From: Haplodiscus bocki
Lineage: Eukaryota
DNA: 64,000 bases
Assembly (NCBI GenBank): GCA_965655095.1
Contig: OZ296656.1
Location: 39,804,001 to 39,868,000, forward strand
Direction of reading: 5' to 3'
Under the pieces are notes generated by a model. It was not told the DNA's origin and made no database searches. It worked only from the letters and a program-made list of their open reading frames with translations. Shown here in pieces: positions 47,878 through 62,300 of the stretch (the first letter of the stretch is position 1; each line of letters starts with the position of its first letter). The position numbers were made by a program, and so were the translations under genes.

Positions 47878-50349
47878 ATGGAAACCGTCCATGCGGAAGT
47901 TTGCGCGGAAGGTGCACCGGGGAATAACCCATGGGGAAAGCCCTGCAAAAGAGCGTGCCGAAAAAGCTTTGCGAAAGAAGGCGCGGAGAAGAGGCCTTGC
48001 ACAAAAGCGCAAGGCAAAAACGCCTGCGATAAGGCGCCAGCAAAATTGATCTGCCGGAAAGCTCACGGAGGAAAGCACTGAATAACACGCACGAAGAAGC
48101 TCCTGGGAAAGAGGGCACGCAAAAAACCACTCCAAAGATGCGCACGGATAAAGCTCCTGAGGATGAGTGCAGAGATGCCTCCGTTGCGAAAGAAAGCCCG
48201 GGGAAACAGCCTCGAAAGAGATAGCACGGAAAAAGCCCCCGCAAAAAACCCCTTGTAAGTTGTTCATGCGAAAAAGTTCACGGAAGATATCTCCAAGAAA
48301 GAGCCCATGGTAAACGCCTTGCGAAAAAACGTACCAAAAAAGCCCCAGCGAAAGAGCCCAGGGAAGTCTCACATGCAAAAAGATGCACGGAGGAGGCCCC
48401 GGAAAAAATGCACCAAAAAGTTACCCTCCGGATAGTGCACTGAAAACGATCCCGCGAAAAATTCGATTGAAACGGTCAATGCGAAAGATTGCAAAGGAGG
48501 TACCCCTTGGGAAAAAGCCCAAGGGAAAAATCGTGCTAAAGAGCGCACACAGAAAGGTTCTGTGGGTAAGTGCACGGGAGCAACCCTAAAAAAACGCACT
48601 GAAAAAACTCTTGCAAAAGAGCGCACGGAAATGTGCCCTGCAAAGAAACGCACGCAAAAAGTTCAGGGGGATGAGCCCATGGATATCTCCACTGCGAAAG
48701 ACTGCACGGTAAAACACGCCCCAAGAAGAGCAGAAAAAGCCCCCCCGCAAAAAAACCCACGGTAAAACCACTTACGAAAAAGAGCAGGAAAAAAACCCCT
48801 ACGAAAGAGAGCAGATGAAATGATCCTGCGAAAGAGCGCAGGAAAAAAACCCTTGCAAAAAAGTCTCGGAAAAAACTCAGCGATAAAGCGCACGGAAAGA
48901 GGCACTGCTAATTATCGTTCGGAAATAGCCCCCACGACGGAGCTTATGGATATCTCAGTTGCAGAAAAGTGGAGGATAAAAGCTCCACATGAGAGAGTGT
49001 ACCGAAAAAGCCCCCGCGATGGAGCCCATAGAAATCTTCCCAGCAAAAAAGCGCATGGAGAAAGCCCGGAAAAAATTGCACTAAAAAATATTCGGCGACA
49101 GAGGGCACTGAAAACGACCCTCCGAACAATTATTGGAAACCGTCCATGCAAAAGAGAGCACAAGAGATGCCCCTGCGAAAAACCCACGGGAAAATCCCTG
49201 CAGAGGATAGTGCGGAAGAAGCTTTCTGAAAGCGGTCGTGAAAAAAACCCCTGCAAAAAAGCGCTCTGCAAAAACTTCTGCGAAAGAGCGTGCCGAAAAA
49301 GCCACTGCGAAGAAGCGCACAGGAAAAGCTCCTGGGTATGAGCCGATCGATATCTCCACTGCGAAAGAGTGCCAGGGAAAATAGCCCCACGAAAGATAGC
49401 ACGGTAAAAGCTGCGCGAAAAGGTCCACGGGAAAAGCACATACCAAAAAGAGCACGAAAAAAGACCCTACCAAACAGTGCAGGTAAAAAGTTCCTGCAAA
49501 GAATTGCACAGACGAAACCCTTGCGAAAGAGCGCACAAAAAAAGCCCCCCGCAAATGCTCCCATTGAAGTCTTTCCTGCAAAAAATTGCACGGAGAAAGA
49601 CCCGGAAAAAATTGAACCAAAAATCCAGCCCGCAGAGAGAACACTGTAAACGACCTCGCGAAAGAGTCCATGGAAACCGTCCATGCGGAAGTTTGCGCGG
49701 AAGGTGCGCCGGGGAATAACCCATGGGGAAAGCCCTGCAAAGGAGCGTGCCGAAAAAGCTTTGCGAAAGAAGGCGCGGAGAAGAGGCCTTGCACAAAAGC
49801 GCAAGGCAAAAACGCCTGCGATAAGGCGCCAGCAAAATTGATCTGCCGGAAAGCTCACGGAGGAAAGCACTAAGTAAAACACACGAAGAAGCTCCTGGGA
49901 AAGAGGGCACGCAAAAAACCACTCCAAAGAAGCGCACGGAAAAAGCTCCTGAGGATGAGTGCAGAGATGCCTCCGTTGCGAAAGAAAGCCCGGGGAAACA
50001 GCCTCGAAAGAGATAGCACGGAAAAAGCCCCCGCAAAAAACCCCTTGTAAGTTGTTCATGCGAAAAAGTTCACGGAAGATATCTCCAAGAAAGAGCCCAT
50101 GGTAAACGCCTTGCGAAAAAACGTACCAAAAAAGCCCCAGCGAAAGAGCCCAGGGAAGTCTCACATGCAAAAAGATGCACGGAGGAGGCCCCGGAAAAAA
50201 TGCACCAAAAAGTTACCCTCCGGATAGTGCACTGAAAACGATCCCGCGAAAAATTCGATTGAAACGGTCAATGCGAAAGATTGCAAAGGAGGTACCCCTT
50301 GGGAAAAAGCCCAAGGGAAAAATCGTGCTAAAGAGCGCACACAGAAAGG

Positions 50350-53300
50350 TTCTGTGGGTAAGTGCACGGGAGCAACCCTAAAAAAACGCACTGAAAAAAC
50401 TCTTGCAAAAGAGCGCACGGAAATGTGCCCTGCAAAGAAACGCACGCAAAAAGTTCAGGGGGATGAGCCCATGGATATCTCCACTGCGAAAGACTGCACG
50501 GTAAAACACGCCCCAAGAAGAGCAGAAAAAGCCCCCCCGCAAAAAAACCCACGGTAAAACCACTTACGAAAAAGAGCAGGAAAAAAACCCCTACGAAAGA
50601 GAGCAGATGAAATGATCCTGCGAAAGAGCGCAGGAAAAAAACCCTTGCAAAAAAGTCTCGGAAAAAACTCAGCGATAAAGCGCACGGAAAGAGGCACTGC
50701 TAATTATCGTTCGGAAATAGCCCCCACGACGGAGCTTATGGATATCTCAGTTGCAGAAAAGTGGAGGATAAAAGCTCCACATGAGAGAGTGTACCGAAAA
50801 AGCCCCCGCGATGGAGCCCATAGAAATCTTCCCAGCAAAAAAGCGCATGGAGAAAGCCCGGAAAAAATTGCACTAAAAAATATTCGGCGACAGAGGGCAC
50901 TGAAAACGACCCTCCGAACAATTATTGGAAACCGTCCATGCAAAAGAGAGCACAAGAGATGCCCCTGCGAAAAACCCACGGGAAAATCCCTGCAGAGGAT
51001 AGTGCGGAAGAAGCTTTCTGAAAGCGGTCGTGAAAAAAACCCCTGCAAAAAAGCGCTCTGCAAAAACTTCTGCGAAAGAGCGTGCCGAAAAAGCCACTGC
51101 GAAGAAGCGCACAGGAAAAGCTCCTGGGTATGAGCCGATCGATATCTCCACTGCGAAAGAGTGCCAGGGAAAATAGCCCCACGAAAGATAGCACGGTAAA
51201 AGCTGCGCGAAAAGGTCCACGGGAAAAGCACATACCAAAAAGAGCACGAAAAAAGACCCTACCAAACAGTGCAGGTAAAAAGTTCCTGCAAAGAATTGCA
51301 CAGACGAAACCCTTGCGAAAGAGCGCACAAAAAAAGCCCCCCGCAAATGCTCCCATTGAAGTCTTTCCTGCAAAAAATTGCACGGAGAAAGACCAGGAAA
51401 AAATTGAACCAAAAATCCACCCCGCAGAGAGAACACTGTAAACGACCTCGCGAAAGAGTCCATGGAAACCGTCCATGCGGAAGTTTGCGCGGAAGGTGCA
51501 CCGGGGAATAACCCATGGGGAAAGCCCTGCAAAAGAGCGTGCCGAAAAAGCTTTGCGAAAGAAGGCGCGGAGAAGAGGCCTTGCACAAAAGCGCAAGGCA
51601 AAAACGCCTGCGATAAGGCGCCAGCAAAATTGATCTGCCGGAAAGCTCACGGAGGAAAGCACTGAATAACACGCACGAAGAAGCTCCTGGGAAAGAGGGC
51701 ACGCAAAAAACCACTCCAAAGATGCGCACGGATAAAGCTCCTGAGGATGAGTGCAGAGATGCCTCCGTTGCGAAAGAAAGCCCGGGGAAACAGCCTCGAA
51801 AGATATAGCACGGAAAAAGCCCCCGCAAAAAACCCCTTGTAAGTTGTTCATGCGAAAAAGTTCACGGAAGATATCTCCAAGAAAGAGCCCATGGTAAACG
51901 CCTTGCGAAAAAACGTACCAAAAAAGCCCCAGCGAAAGAGCCCAGGGAAGTCTCACATGCAAAAAGATGCACGGAGGAGGCCCCGGAAAAAATGCACCAA
52001 AAAGTTACCCTCCGGATAGTGCACTGAAAACGATCCCGCGAAAAATTCGATTGAAACGGTCAATGCGAAAGATTGCAAAGGAGGTACCCCTTGGGAAAAA
52101 GCCCAAGGGAAAAAACGTGCTAAAGAGCGCACACAGAAAGGTTCTGTGGGTAAGTGCACGGGAGCAACCCTAAAAAAACGCACTGAAAAAACTCTTGCAA
52201 AAGAGCGCACGGAAATGTGCCCTGCAAAGAAACGCACGCAAAAAGTTCAGGGGGATGAGCCCATGGATATCTCCACTGCGAAAGACTGCACGGTAAAACA
52301 CGCCCCAAGAAGAGCAGAAAAAGCCCCCCCGCAAAAAAACCCACGGTAAAACCACTTACGAAAAAGAGCAGGAAAAAAACCCCTACGAAAGAGAGCAGAT
52401 GAAATGATCCTGCGAAAGAGCGCAGGAAAAAAACCCTTGCAAAAAAGTCTCGGAAAAAACTCAGCGATAAAGCGCACGGAAAGAGGCACTGCTAATTATC
52501 GTTCGGAAATAGCCCCCACGACGGAGCTTATGGATATCTCAGTTGCAGAAAAGTGGAGGATAAAAGCTCCACATGAGAGAGTGTACCGAAAAAGCCCCCG
52601 CGATGGAGCCCATAGAAATCTTCCCAGCAAAAAAGCGCATGGAGAAAGCCCGGAAAAAATTGCACTAAAAAATATTCGGCGACAGAGGGCACTGAAAACG
52701 ACCCTCTGAACAATTATTGGAAACCGGCCATGCGAAAGAGTGCACAAGAGATGCCCCTGCGAAAAACCCACGGGAAAATCCCTGCAGAGGAGAGTGCGGA
52801 AGAAGCTTCCTGAAAGCGGTCGTGAAAAAAACCCCTGCAAAAAAGCGCGCTGCAGAAACTTCTGCGAAAGAGCGTGCCGAAAAAGCCACTGCGAAGAAGC
52901 GCACAGGAAAAGCTCCTGGGTATGAGCCGATCGATATCTCCACTGCGAAAGAGTGCCAGGGAAAATAGCCCCACGAAAGATAGCACGGTAAAAGCTGCGC
53001 GAAAAGGTCCACGGGAAAAGCACATACCAAAAAGAGCACGAAAAAAGACCCTACCAAACAGTGCAGGTAAAAAGTTCCTGCAAAGAATTGCACAGACGAA
53101 ACCCTTGCGAAAGAGCGCACAAAAAAAGCCCCCCGCAAATGCTCCCATTGAAGTCTTTCCTGCAAAAAATTGCACGGAGAAAGACCCGGAAAAAATTGAA
53201 CCAAAAATCCACCCCGCAGAGAGAACACTGTAAACGACCTCGCGAAAGAGTCCATGGAAACCGTCCATGCGGAAGTTTGCGCGGAAGGTGCACCGGGGAA

Positions 53301-56300
53301 TAACCCATGGGGAAAGCCCTGCAAAGGAGCGTGCCGAAAAAGCTTTGCGAAAGAAGGCGCGGAGAAGAGGCCTTGCACAAAAGCGCAAGGCAAAAACGCC
53401 TGCGATAAGGCGCCAGCAAAATTGATCTGCCGGAAAGCTCACGGAGGAAAGCACTGAATAACACGCACGAAGAAGCTCCTGGGAAAGAGGGCACGCAAAA
53501 AACCACTCCAAAGATGCGCACGGATAAAGCTACGGAGGATGAGCCCATGGATACCTCCGTTGCGAAAGAAAGCCCGGGGAAAAAGCCCCCGCAAAAAACC
53601 CCTTGTAGGTTGTTCATGCGAAAATTTTCACGGAAGCTTGCAAAGGAGGTATCCCTTGGGAAAAAGCCCAAGGGAAAAATCGTGCTAAAGATCGCACACA
53701 GAATGGTTCTGCGGAAAAGTGCACGGGAGCAACCCTAAAAAAACACACTGAAAAAACCATTGCAAAAGAGCGCACGGAAATGTGCCCTGCAAAGAAACGC
53801 ACGCAAAAAGTTCAGGGGGATGAGCCCATGGATATCTCCGCTGCGAAAGACTGCACGGTAAAACACGCCCCAAGAAGAGCAGAAAAAAGTCCCCCCCCCC
53901 GCAAAAAAAACCCACGGTAAAACGACTTACGAAAAAGTGCACGAAAAAAACCCTTACAAAATACAGCAGATAAAATGTTCCTCCGAAAGAGCGCAGGAAA
54001 AAAAACCCTTGCAAAAAAGTCTCGGAAAGAACTCAGCGATAAAGCGCACGGAAAGAGGCACTGCTAAATAGCGTTCGGAAATAGCCCCAACGAAGGAGCT
54101 TATGGATATCTGCCTTGCAGAAAAGTGCAGGATAAAAGCTCCACATGAGAGAGTGTAAAAAGACCCTACCAAACAGTGCAAGTAAAAAAATCCTGCATAG
54201 AATTGCACAGACAAATCCCTTGCGAAAGAGCGCACAAAAAAAGCCCCCCGCAAATGCTCCCATTGAAGTCTCCCCTGCAAATAATTGCACGGAGAAAGAC
54301 CTGGAAAAAATTGAACCAAAAATCCACCCCCCAGAGAGAACACTGTAAACGACCTCGCGAAAGAGTCCATGGAAACCGTCCATGCGGAAGTTTGCGCGGA
54401 AGGTGCACCGGGGAATAACCCATGGGGAAAGCCCTGCAAAAGAGCGTGCCGAAAAAGCTTTGCGAAAGAAGGCGCGGAGAAGAGGCCTTGCACAAAAGCG
54501 CAAGGCAAAAACGCCTGCGATAAGGCGCCAGCAAAATTGATCTGCCGGAAAGCTCACGGAGGAAAGCACTGAATAACACGCACGAAGAAGCTCCTGGGAA
54601 AGAGGGCACGCAAAAAACCACTCCAAAGATGCGCACGGATAAAGCTCCTGAGGATGAGTGCAGAGATGCCTCCGTTGCGAAAGAAAGCCCGGGGAAACAG
54701 CCTCGAAAGATATAGCACGGAAAAAGCCCCCGCAAAAAACCCCTTGTAAGTTGTTCATGCGAAAAAGTTCACGGAAGATATCTCCAAGAAAGAGCCCATG
54801 GTAAACGCCTTGCGAAAAAACGTACCAAAAAAGCCCCAGCGAAAGAGCCCAGGGAAGTCTCACATGCAAAAAGATGCACGGAGGAGGCCCCGGAAAAAAT
54901 GCACCAAAAAGTTACCCTCCGGATAGTGCACTGAAAACGATCCCGCGAAAAATTCGATTGAAACAGTCAATGCGAAAGATTGCAAAGGAGGTACCCCTTG
55001 GGAAAAAGCCCAAGGGAAAAAACGTGCTAAAGAGCGCACACAGAAAGGTTCTGTGGGTAAGTGCACGGGAGCAACCCTAAAAAAACGCACTGAAAAAACT
55101 CTTGCAAAAGAGCGCACGGAAATGTGCCCTGCAAAGAAACGCACGCAAAAAGTTCAGGGGGATGAGCCCATGGATATCTCCACTGCGAAAGACTGCACGG
55201 TAAAACACGCCCCAAGAAGAGCAGAAAAAGCCCCCCCGCAAAAAAACCCACGGTAAAACCACTTACGAAAAAGAGCAGGAAAAAAACCCCTACGAAAGAG
55301 AGCAGATGAAATGATCCTGCGAAAGAGCGCAGGAAAAAAACCCTTGCAAAAAAGTCTCGGAAAAAACTCAGCGATAAAGCGCACGGAAAGAGGCACTGCT
55401 AATTATCGTTCGGAAATAGCCCCCACGACGGAGCTTATGGATATCTCAGTTGCAGAAAAGTGGAGGATAAAAGCTCCACATGAGAGAGTGTACCGAAAAA
55501 GCCCCCGCGATGGAGCCCATAGAAATCTTCCCAGCAAAAAAGCGCATGGAGAAAGCCCGGAAAAAATTGCACTAAAAAATATTCGGCGACAGAGGGCACT
55601 GAAAACGACCCTCCGAACAATTATTGGAAACCGTCCATGCAAAAGAGAGCACAAGAGATGCCCCTGCGAAAAACCCACGGGAAAATCCCTGCAGAGGATA
55701 GTGCGGAAGAAGCTTTCTGAAAGCGGTCGTGAAAAAAACCCCTGCAAAAAAGCGCTCTGCAAAAACTTCTGCGAAAGAGCGTGCCGAAAAAGCCACTGCG
55801 AAGAAGCGCACAGGAAAAGCTCCTGGGTATGAGCCGATCGATATCTCCACTGCGAAAGAGTGCCAGGGAAAATAGCCCCACGAAAGATAGCACGGTAAAA
55901 GCTGCGCGAAAAGGTCCACGGGAAAAGCACATACCAAAAAGAGCACGAAAAAAGACCCTACCAAACAGTGCAGGTAAAAAGTTCCTGCAAAGAATTGCAC
56001 AGACGAAACCCTTGCGAAAGAGCGCACAAAAAAAGCCCCCCGCAAATGCTCCCATTGAAGTCTTTCCTGCAAAAAATTGCACGGAGAAAGACCAGGAAAA
56101 AATTGAACCAAAAATCCACCCCGCAGAGAGAACACTGTAAACGACCTCGCGAAAGAGTCCATGGAAACCGTCCATGCGGAAGTTTGCGCGGAAGGTGCAC
56201 CGGGGAATAACCCATGGGGAAAGCCCTGCAAAAGAGCGTGCCGAAAAAGCTTTGCGAAAGAAGGCGCGGAGAAGAGGCCTTGCACAAAAGCGCAAGGCAA

Positions 56301-59300
56301 AAACGCCTGCGATAAGGCGCCAGCAAAATTGATCTGCCGGAAAGCTCACGGAGGAAAGCACTGAATAACACGCACGAAGAAGCTCTTGGGAAAGAGGGCA
56401 CGCAAAAAACCACTCCAAAGATGCGCACGGATAAAGCTCCTGAGGATGAGTGCAGAGATGCCTCCGTTGCGAAAGAAAGCCTGGGGAAACAGCCTCGAAA
56501 GATATAGCACGGAAAAAGCCCCCGCAAAAAACCCCTTGTAAGTTGTTCATGCGAAAAAGTTCACGGAAGATATCTCCAAGAAAGAGCCCATGGTAAACGC
56601 CTTGCGAAAAAACGTACCAAAAAAGCCCCAGCGAAAGAGCCCAGGGAAGTCTCACATGCAAAAAGATGCACGGAGGAGGCCCCGGAAAAAATGCACCAAA
56701 AAGTTACCCTCCGGATAGTGCACTGAAAACGATCCCGCGAAAAATTCGATTGAAACGGTCAATGCGAAAGATTGCAAAGGAGGTATCCCTTGGGAAAAAG
56801 CCCAAGGGAAAAAACGTGCTAAAGAGCGCACACAGAAAGGTTCTGTGGGTAAGTGCACGGGAGCAACCCTAAAAAAACGCACTGAAAAAACTCTTGCAAA
56901 AGAGCGCACGGAAATGTGCCCTGCAAAGAAACGCACGCAAAAAGTTCAGGGGGATGAGCCCATGGATATCTCCACTGCGAAAGACTGCACGGTAAAACAC
57001 GCCCCAAGAAGAGCAGAAAAAGCCCCCCCGCAAAAAAACCCACGGTAAAACCACTTACGAAAAAGAGCAGGAAAAAAACCCCTACGAAAGAGAGCAGATG
57101 AAATGATCCTGCGAAAGAGCGCAGGAAAAAAACCCTTGCAAAAAAGTCTCGGAAAAAACTCAGCGATAAAGCGCACGGAAAGAGGCACTGCTAATTATCG
57201 TTCGGAAATAGCCCCCACGACGGAGCTTATGGATATCTCAGTTGCAGAAAAGTGGAGGATAAAAGCTCCACATGAGAGAGTGTACCGAAAAAGCCCCCGC
57301 GATGGAGCCCATAGAAATCTTCCCAGCAAAAAAGCGCATGGAGAAAGCCCGGAAAAAATTGCACTAAAAAATATTCGGCGACAGAGGGCACTGAAAACGA
57401 CCCTCTGAACAATTATTGGAAACCGGCCATGCGAAAGAGTGCACAAGAGATGCCCCTGCGAAAAACCCACGGGAAAATCCCTGCAGAGGAGAGTGCGGAA
57501 GAAGCTTCCTGAAAGCGGTCGTGAAAAAAACCCCTGCAAAAAAACGCGCTGCAGAAACTTCTGCGAAAGAGCGTGCCGAAAAAGCCACTGCGAAGAAGCG
57601 CACAGGAAAAGCTCCTGGGTATGAGCCGATCGATATCTCCACTGCGAAAGAGTGCCAGGGAAAATAGCCCCACGAAAGATAGCACGGTAAAAGCTGCGCG
57701 AAAAGGTCCACGGGAAAAGCACATACCAAAAAGAGCACGAAAAAAGACCCTACCAAACAGTGCAGGTAAAAAGTTCCTGCAAAGAATTGCACAGACGAAA
57801 CCCTTGCGAAAGAGCGCACAAAAAAAGCCCCCCGCAAATGCTCCCATTGAAGTCTTTCCTGCAAAAAATTGCACGGAGAAAGACCCGGAAAAAATTGAAC
57901 CAAAAATCCACCCCGCAGAGAGAACACTGTAAACGACCTCGCGAAAGAGTCCATGGAAACCGTCCATGCGGAAGTTTGCGCGGAAGGTGCACCGGGGAAT
58001 AACCCATGGGGAAAGCCCTGCAAAGGAGCGTGCCGAAAAAGCTTTGCGAAAGAAGGCGCGGAGAAGAGGCCTTGCACAAAAGCGCAAGGCAAAAACGCCT
58101 GCGATAAGGCGCCAGCAAAATTGATCTGCCGGAAAGCTCACGGAGGAAAGCACTGAATAACACGCACGAAGAAGCTCCTGGGAAAGAGGGCACGCAAAAA
58201 ACCACTCCAAAGATGCGCACGGATAAAGCTACGGAGGATGAGCCCATGGATACCTCCGTTGCGAAAGAAAGCCCGGGGAAAAAGCCCCCGCAAAAAACCC
58301 CTTGTAGGTTGTTCATGCGAAAATTTTCACGGAAGCTTGCAAAGGAGGTATCCCTTGGGAAAAAGCCCAAGGGAAAAATCGTGCTAAAGATCGCACACAG
58401 AATGGTTCTGCGGAAAAGTGCACGGGAGCAACCCTAAAAAAACACACTGAAAAAACCATTGCAAAAGAGCGCACGGAAATGTGCCCTGCAAAGAAACGCA
58501 CGCAAAAAGTTCAGGGGGATGAGCCCATGGATATCTCCGCTGCGAAAGACTGCACGGTAAAACACGCCCCAAGAAGAGCAGAAAAAAGTCCCCCCCCCCG
58601 CAAAAAAAACCCACGGTAAAACGACTTACGAAAAAGTGCACGAAAAAAACCCTTACAAAATACAGCAGATAAAATGTTCCTCCGAAAGAGCGCAGGAAAA
58701 AAAACCCTTGCAAAAAAGTCTCGGAAAGAACTCAGCGATAAAGCGCACGGAAAGAGGCACTGCTAAATAGCGTTCGGAAATAGCCCCAACGAAGGAGCTT
58801 ATGGATATCTGCCTTGCAGAAAAGTGCAGGATAAAAGCTCCACATGAGAGAGTGTAAAAAGACCCTACCAAACAGTGCAAGTAAAAAAATCCTGCATAGA
58901 ATTGCACAGACAAATCCCTTGCGAAAGAGCGCACAAAAAAAGCCCCCCGCAAATGCTCCCATTGAAGTCTCCCCTGCAAATAATTGCACGGAGAAAGACC
59001 TGGAAAAAATTGAACCAAAAATCCACCCCCCAGAGAGAACACTGTAAACGACCTCGCGAAAGAGTCCATGGAAACCGTCCATGCGGAAGTTTGCGCGGAA
59101 GGTGCACCGGGGAATAACCCATGGGGAAAGCCCTGCAAAAGAGCGTGCCGAAAAAGCTTTGCGAAAGAAGGCGCGGAGAAGAGGCCTTGCACAAAAGCGC
59201 AAGGCAAAAACGCCTGCGATAAGGCGCCAGCAAAATTGATCTGCCGGAAAGCTCACGGAGGAAAGCACTGAATAACACGCACGAAGAAGCTCCTGGGAAA

Positions 59301-62300
59301 GAGGGCACGCAAAAAACCACTCCAAAGATGCGCACGGATAAAGCTCCTGAGGATGAGTGCAGAGATGCCTCCGTTGCGAAAGAAAGCCCGGGGAAACAGC
59401 CTCGAAAGATATAGCACGGAAAAAGCCCCCGCAAAAAACCCCTTGTAAGTTGTTCATGCGAAAAAGTTCACGGAAGATATCTCCAAGAAAGAGCCCATGG
59501 TAAACGCCTTGCGAAAAAACGTACCAAAAAAGCCCCAGCGAAAGAGCCCAGGGAAGTCTCACATGCAAAAAGATGCACGGAGGAGGCCCCGGAAAAAATG
59601 CACCAAAAAGTTACCCTCCGGATAGTGCACTGAAAACGATCCCGCGAAAAATTCGATTGAAACAGTCAATGCGAAAGATTGCAAAGGAGGTACCCCTTGG
59701 GAAAAAGCCCAAGGGAAAAAACGTGCTAAAGAGCGCACACAGAAAGGTTCTGTGGGTAAGTGCACGGGAGCAACCCTAAAAAAACGCACTGAAAAAACTC
59801 TTGCAAAAGAGCGCACGGAAATGTGCCCTGCAAAGAAACGCACGCAAAAAGTTCAGGGGGATGAGCCCATGGATATCTCCACTGCGAAAGACTGCACGGT
59901 AAAACACGCCCCAAGAAGAGCAGAAAAAGCCCCCCCGCAAAAAAACCCACGGTAAAACCACTTACGAAAAAGAGCAGGAAAAAAACCCCTACGAAAGAGA
60001 GCAGATGAAATGATCCTGCGAAAGAGCGCAGGAAAAAAACCCTTGCAAAAAAGTCTCGGAAAAAACTCAGCGATAAAGCGCACGGAAAGAGGCACTGCTA
60101 ATTATCGTTCGGAAATAGCCCCCACGACGGAGCTTATGGATATCTCAGTTGCAGAAAAGTGGAGGATAAAAGCTCCACATGAGAGAGTGTACCGAAAAAG
60201 CCCCCGCGATGGAGCCCATAGAAATCTTCCCAGCAAAAAAGCGCATGGAGAAAGCCCGGAAAAAATTGCACTAAAAAATATTCGGCGACAGAGGGCACTG
60301 AAAACGACCCTCCGAACAATTATTGGAAACCGTCCATGCAAAAGAGAGCACAAGAGATGCCCCTGCGAAAAACCCACGGGAAAATCCCTGCAGAGGATAG
60401 TGCGGAAGAAGCTTTCTGAAAGCGGTCGTGAAAAAAACCCCTGCAAAAAAGCGCTCTGCAAAAACTTCTGCGAAAGAGCGTGCCGAAAAAGCCACTGCGA
60501 AGAAGCGCACAGGAAAAGCTCCTGGGTATGAGCCGATCGATATCTCCACTGCGAAAGAGTGCCAGGGAAAATAGCCCCACGAAAGATAGCACGGTAAAAG
60601 CTGCGCGAAAAGGTCCACGGGAAAAGCACATACCAAAAAGAGCACGAAAAAAGACCCTACCAAACAGTGCAGGTAAAAAGTTCCTGCAAAGAATTGCACA
60701 GACGAAACCCTTGCGAAAGAGCGCACAAAAAAAGCCCCCCGCAAATGCTCCCATTGAAGTCTTTCCTGCAAAAAATTGCACGGAGAAAGACCAGGAAAAA
60801 ATTGAACCAAAAATCCACCCCGCAGAGAGAACACTGTAAACGACCTCGCGAAAGAGTCCATGGAAACCGTCCATGCGGAAGTTTGCGCGGAAGGTGCACC
60901 GGGGAATAACCCATGGGGAAAGCCCTGCAAAAGAGCGTGCCGAAAAAGCTTTGCGAAAGAAGGCGCGGAGAAGAGGCCTTGCACAAAAGCGCAAGGCAAA
61001 AACGCCTGCGATAAGGCGCCAGCAAAATTGATCTGCCGGAAAGCTCACGGAGGAAAGCACTGAATAACACGCACGAAGAAGCTCTTGGGAAAGAGGGCAC
61101 GCAAAAAACCACTCCAAAGATGCGCACGGATAAAGCTCCTGAGGATGAGTGCAGAGATGCCTCCGTTGCGAAAGAAAGCCTGGGGAAACAGCCTCGAAAG
61201 ATATAGCACGGAAAAAGCCCCCGCAAAAAACCCCTTGTAAGTTGTTCATGCGAAAAAGTTCACGGAAGATATCTCCAAGAAAGAGCCCATGGTAAACGCC
61301 TTGCGAAAAAACGTACCAAAAAAGCCCCAGCGAAAGAGCCCAGGGAAGTCTCACATGCAAAAAGATGCACGGAGGAGGCCCCGGAAAAAATGCACCAAAA
61401 AGTTACCCTCCGGATAGTGCACTGAAAACGATCCCGCGAAAAATTCGATTGAAACGGTCAATGCGAAAGATTGCAAAGGAGGTATCCCTTGGGAAAAAGC
61501 CCAAGGGAAAAAACGTGCTAAAGAGCGCACACAGAAAGGTTCTGTGGGTAAGTGCACGGGAGCAACCCTAAAAAAACGCACTGAAAAAACTCTTGCAAAA
61601 GAGCGCACGGAAATGTGCCCTGCAAAGAAACGCACGCAAAAAGTTCAGGGGGATGAGCCCATGGATATCTCCACTGCGAAAGACTGCACGGTAAAACACG
61701 CCCCAAGAAGAGCAGAAAAAGCCCCCCCGCAAAAAAACCCACGGTAAAACCACTTACGAAAAAGAGCAGGAAAAAAACCCCTACGAAAGAGAGCAGATGA
61801 AATGATCCTGCGAAAGAGCGCAGGAAAAAAACCCTTGCAAAAAAGTCTCGGAAAAAACTCAGCGATAAAGCGCACGGAAAGAGGCACTGCTAATTATCGT
61901 TCGGAAATAGCCCCCACGACGGAGCTTATGGATATCTCAGTTGCAGAAAAGTGGAGGATAAAAGCTCCACATGAGAGAGTGTACCGAAAAAGCCCCCGCG
62001 ATGGAGCCCATAGAAATCTTCCCAGCAAAAAAGCGCATGGAGAAAGCCCGGAAAAAATTGCACTAAAAAATATTCGGCGACAGAGGGCACTGAAAACGAC
62101 CCTCTGAACAATTATTGGAAACCGGCCATGCGAAAGAGTGCACAAGAGATGCCCCTGCGAAAAACCCACGGGAAAATCCCTGCAGAGGAGAGTGCGGAAG
62201 AAGCTTCCTGAAAGCGGTCGTGAAAAAAACCCCTGCAAAAAAGCGCGCTGCAGAAACTTCTGCGAAAGAGCGTGCCGAAAAAGCCACTGCGAAGAAGCGC

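Larger units (their letters stand above)
33820..53253 (+). repeat. Domain of full-length ~1792-bp units ('right' SNP subfamily), including one 1566-bp and two 1766-bp variants
   Basis: Spacings are 1791, 1792, 1794, 1566, 1791, 1792, 1766, 1766, 1792, 1792, 1792. Typical SNPs: CCGGATAGTGCAC, AACGATCCCG, TCAATGCGAAAG, CAAAAAGATG. Confidence 0.92.
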
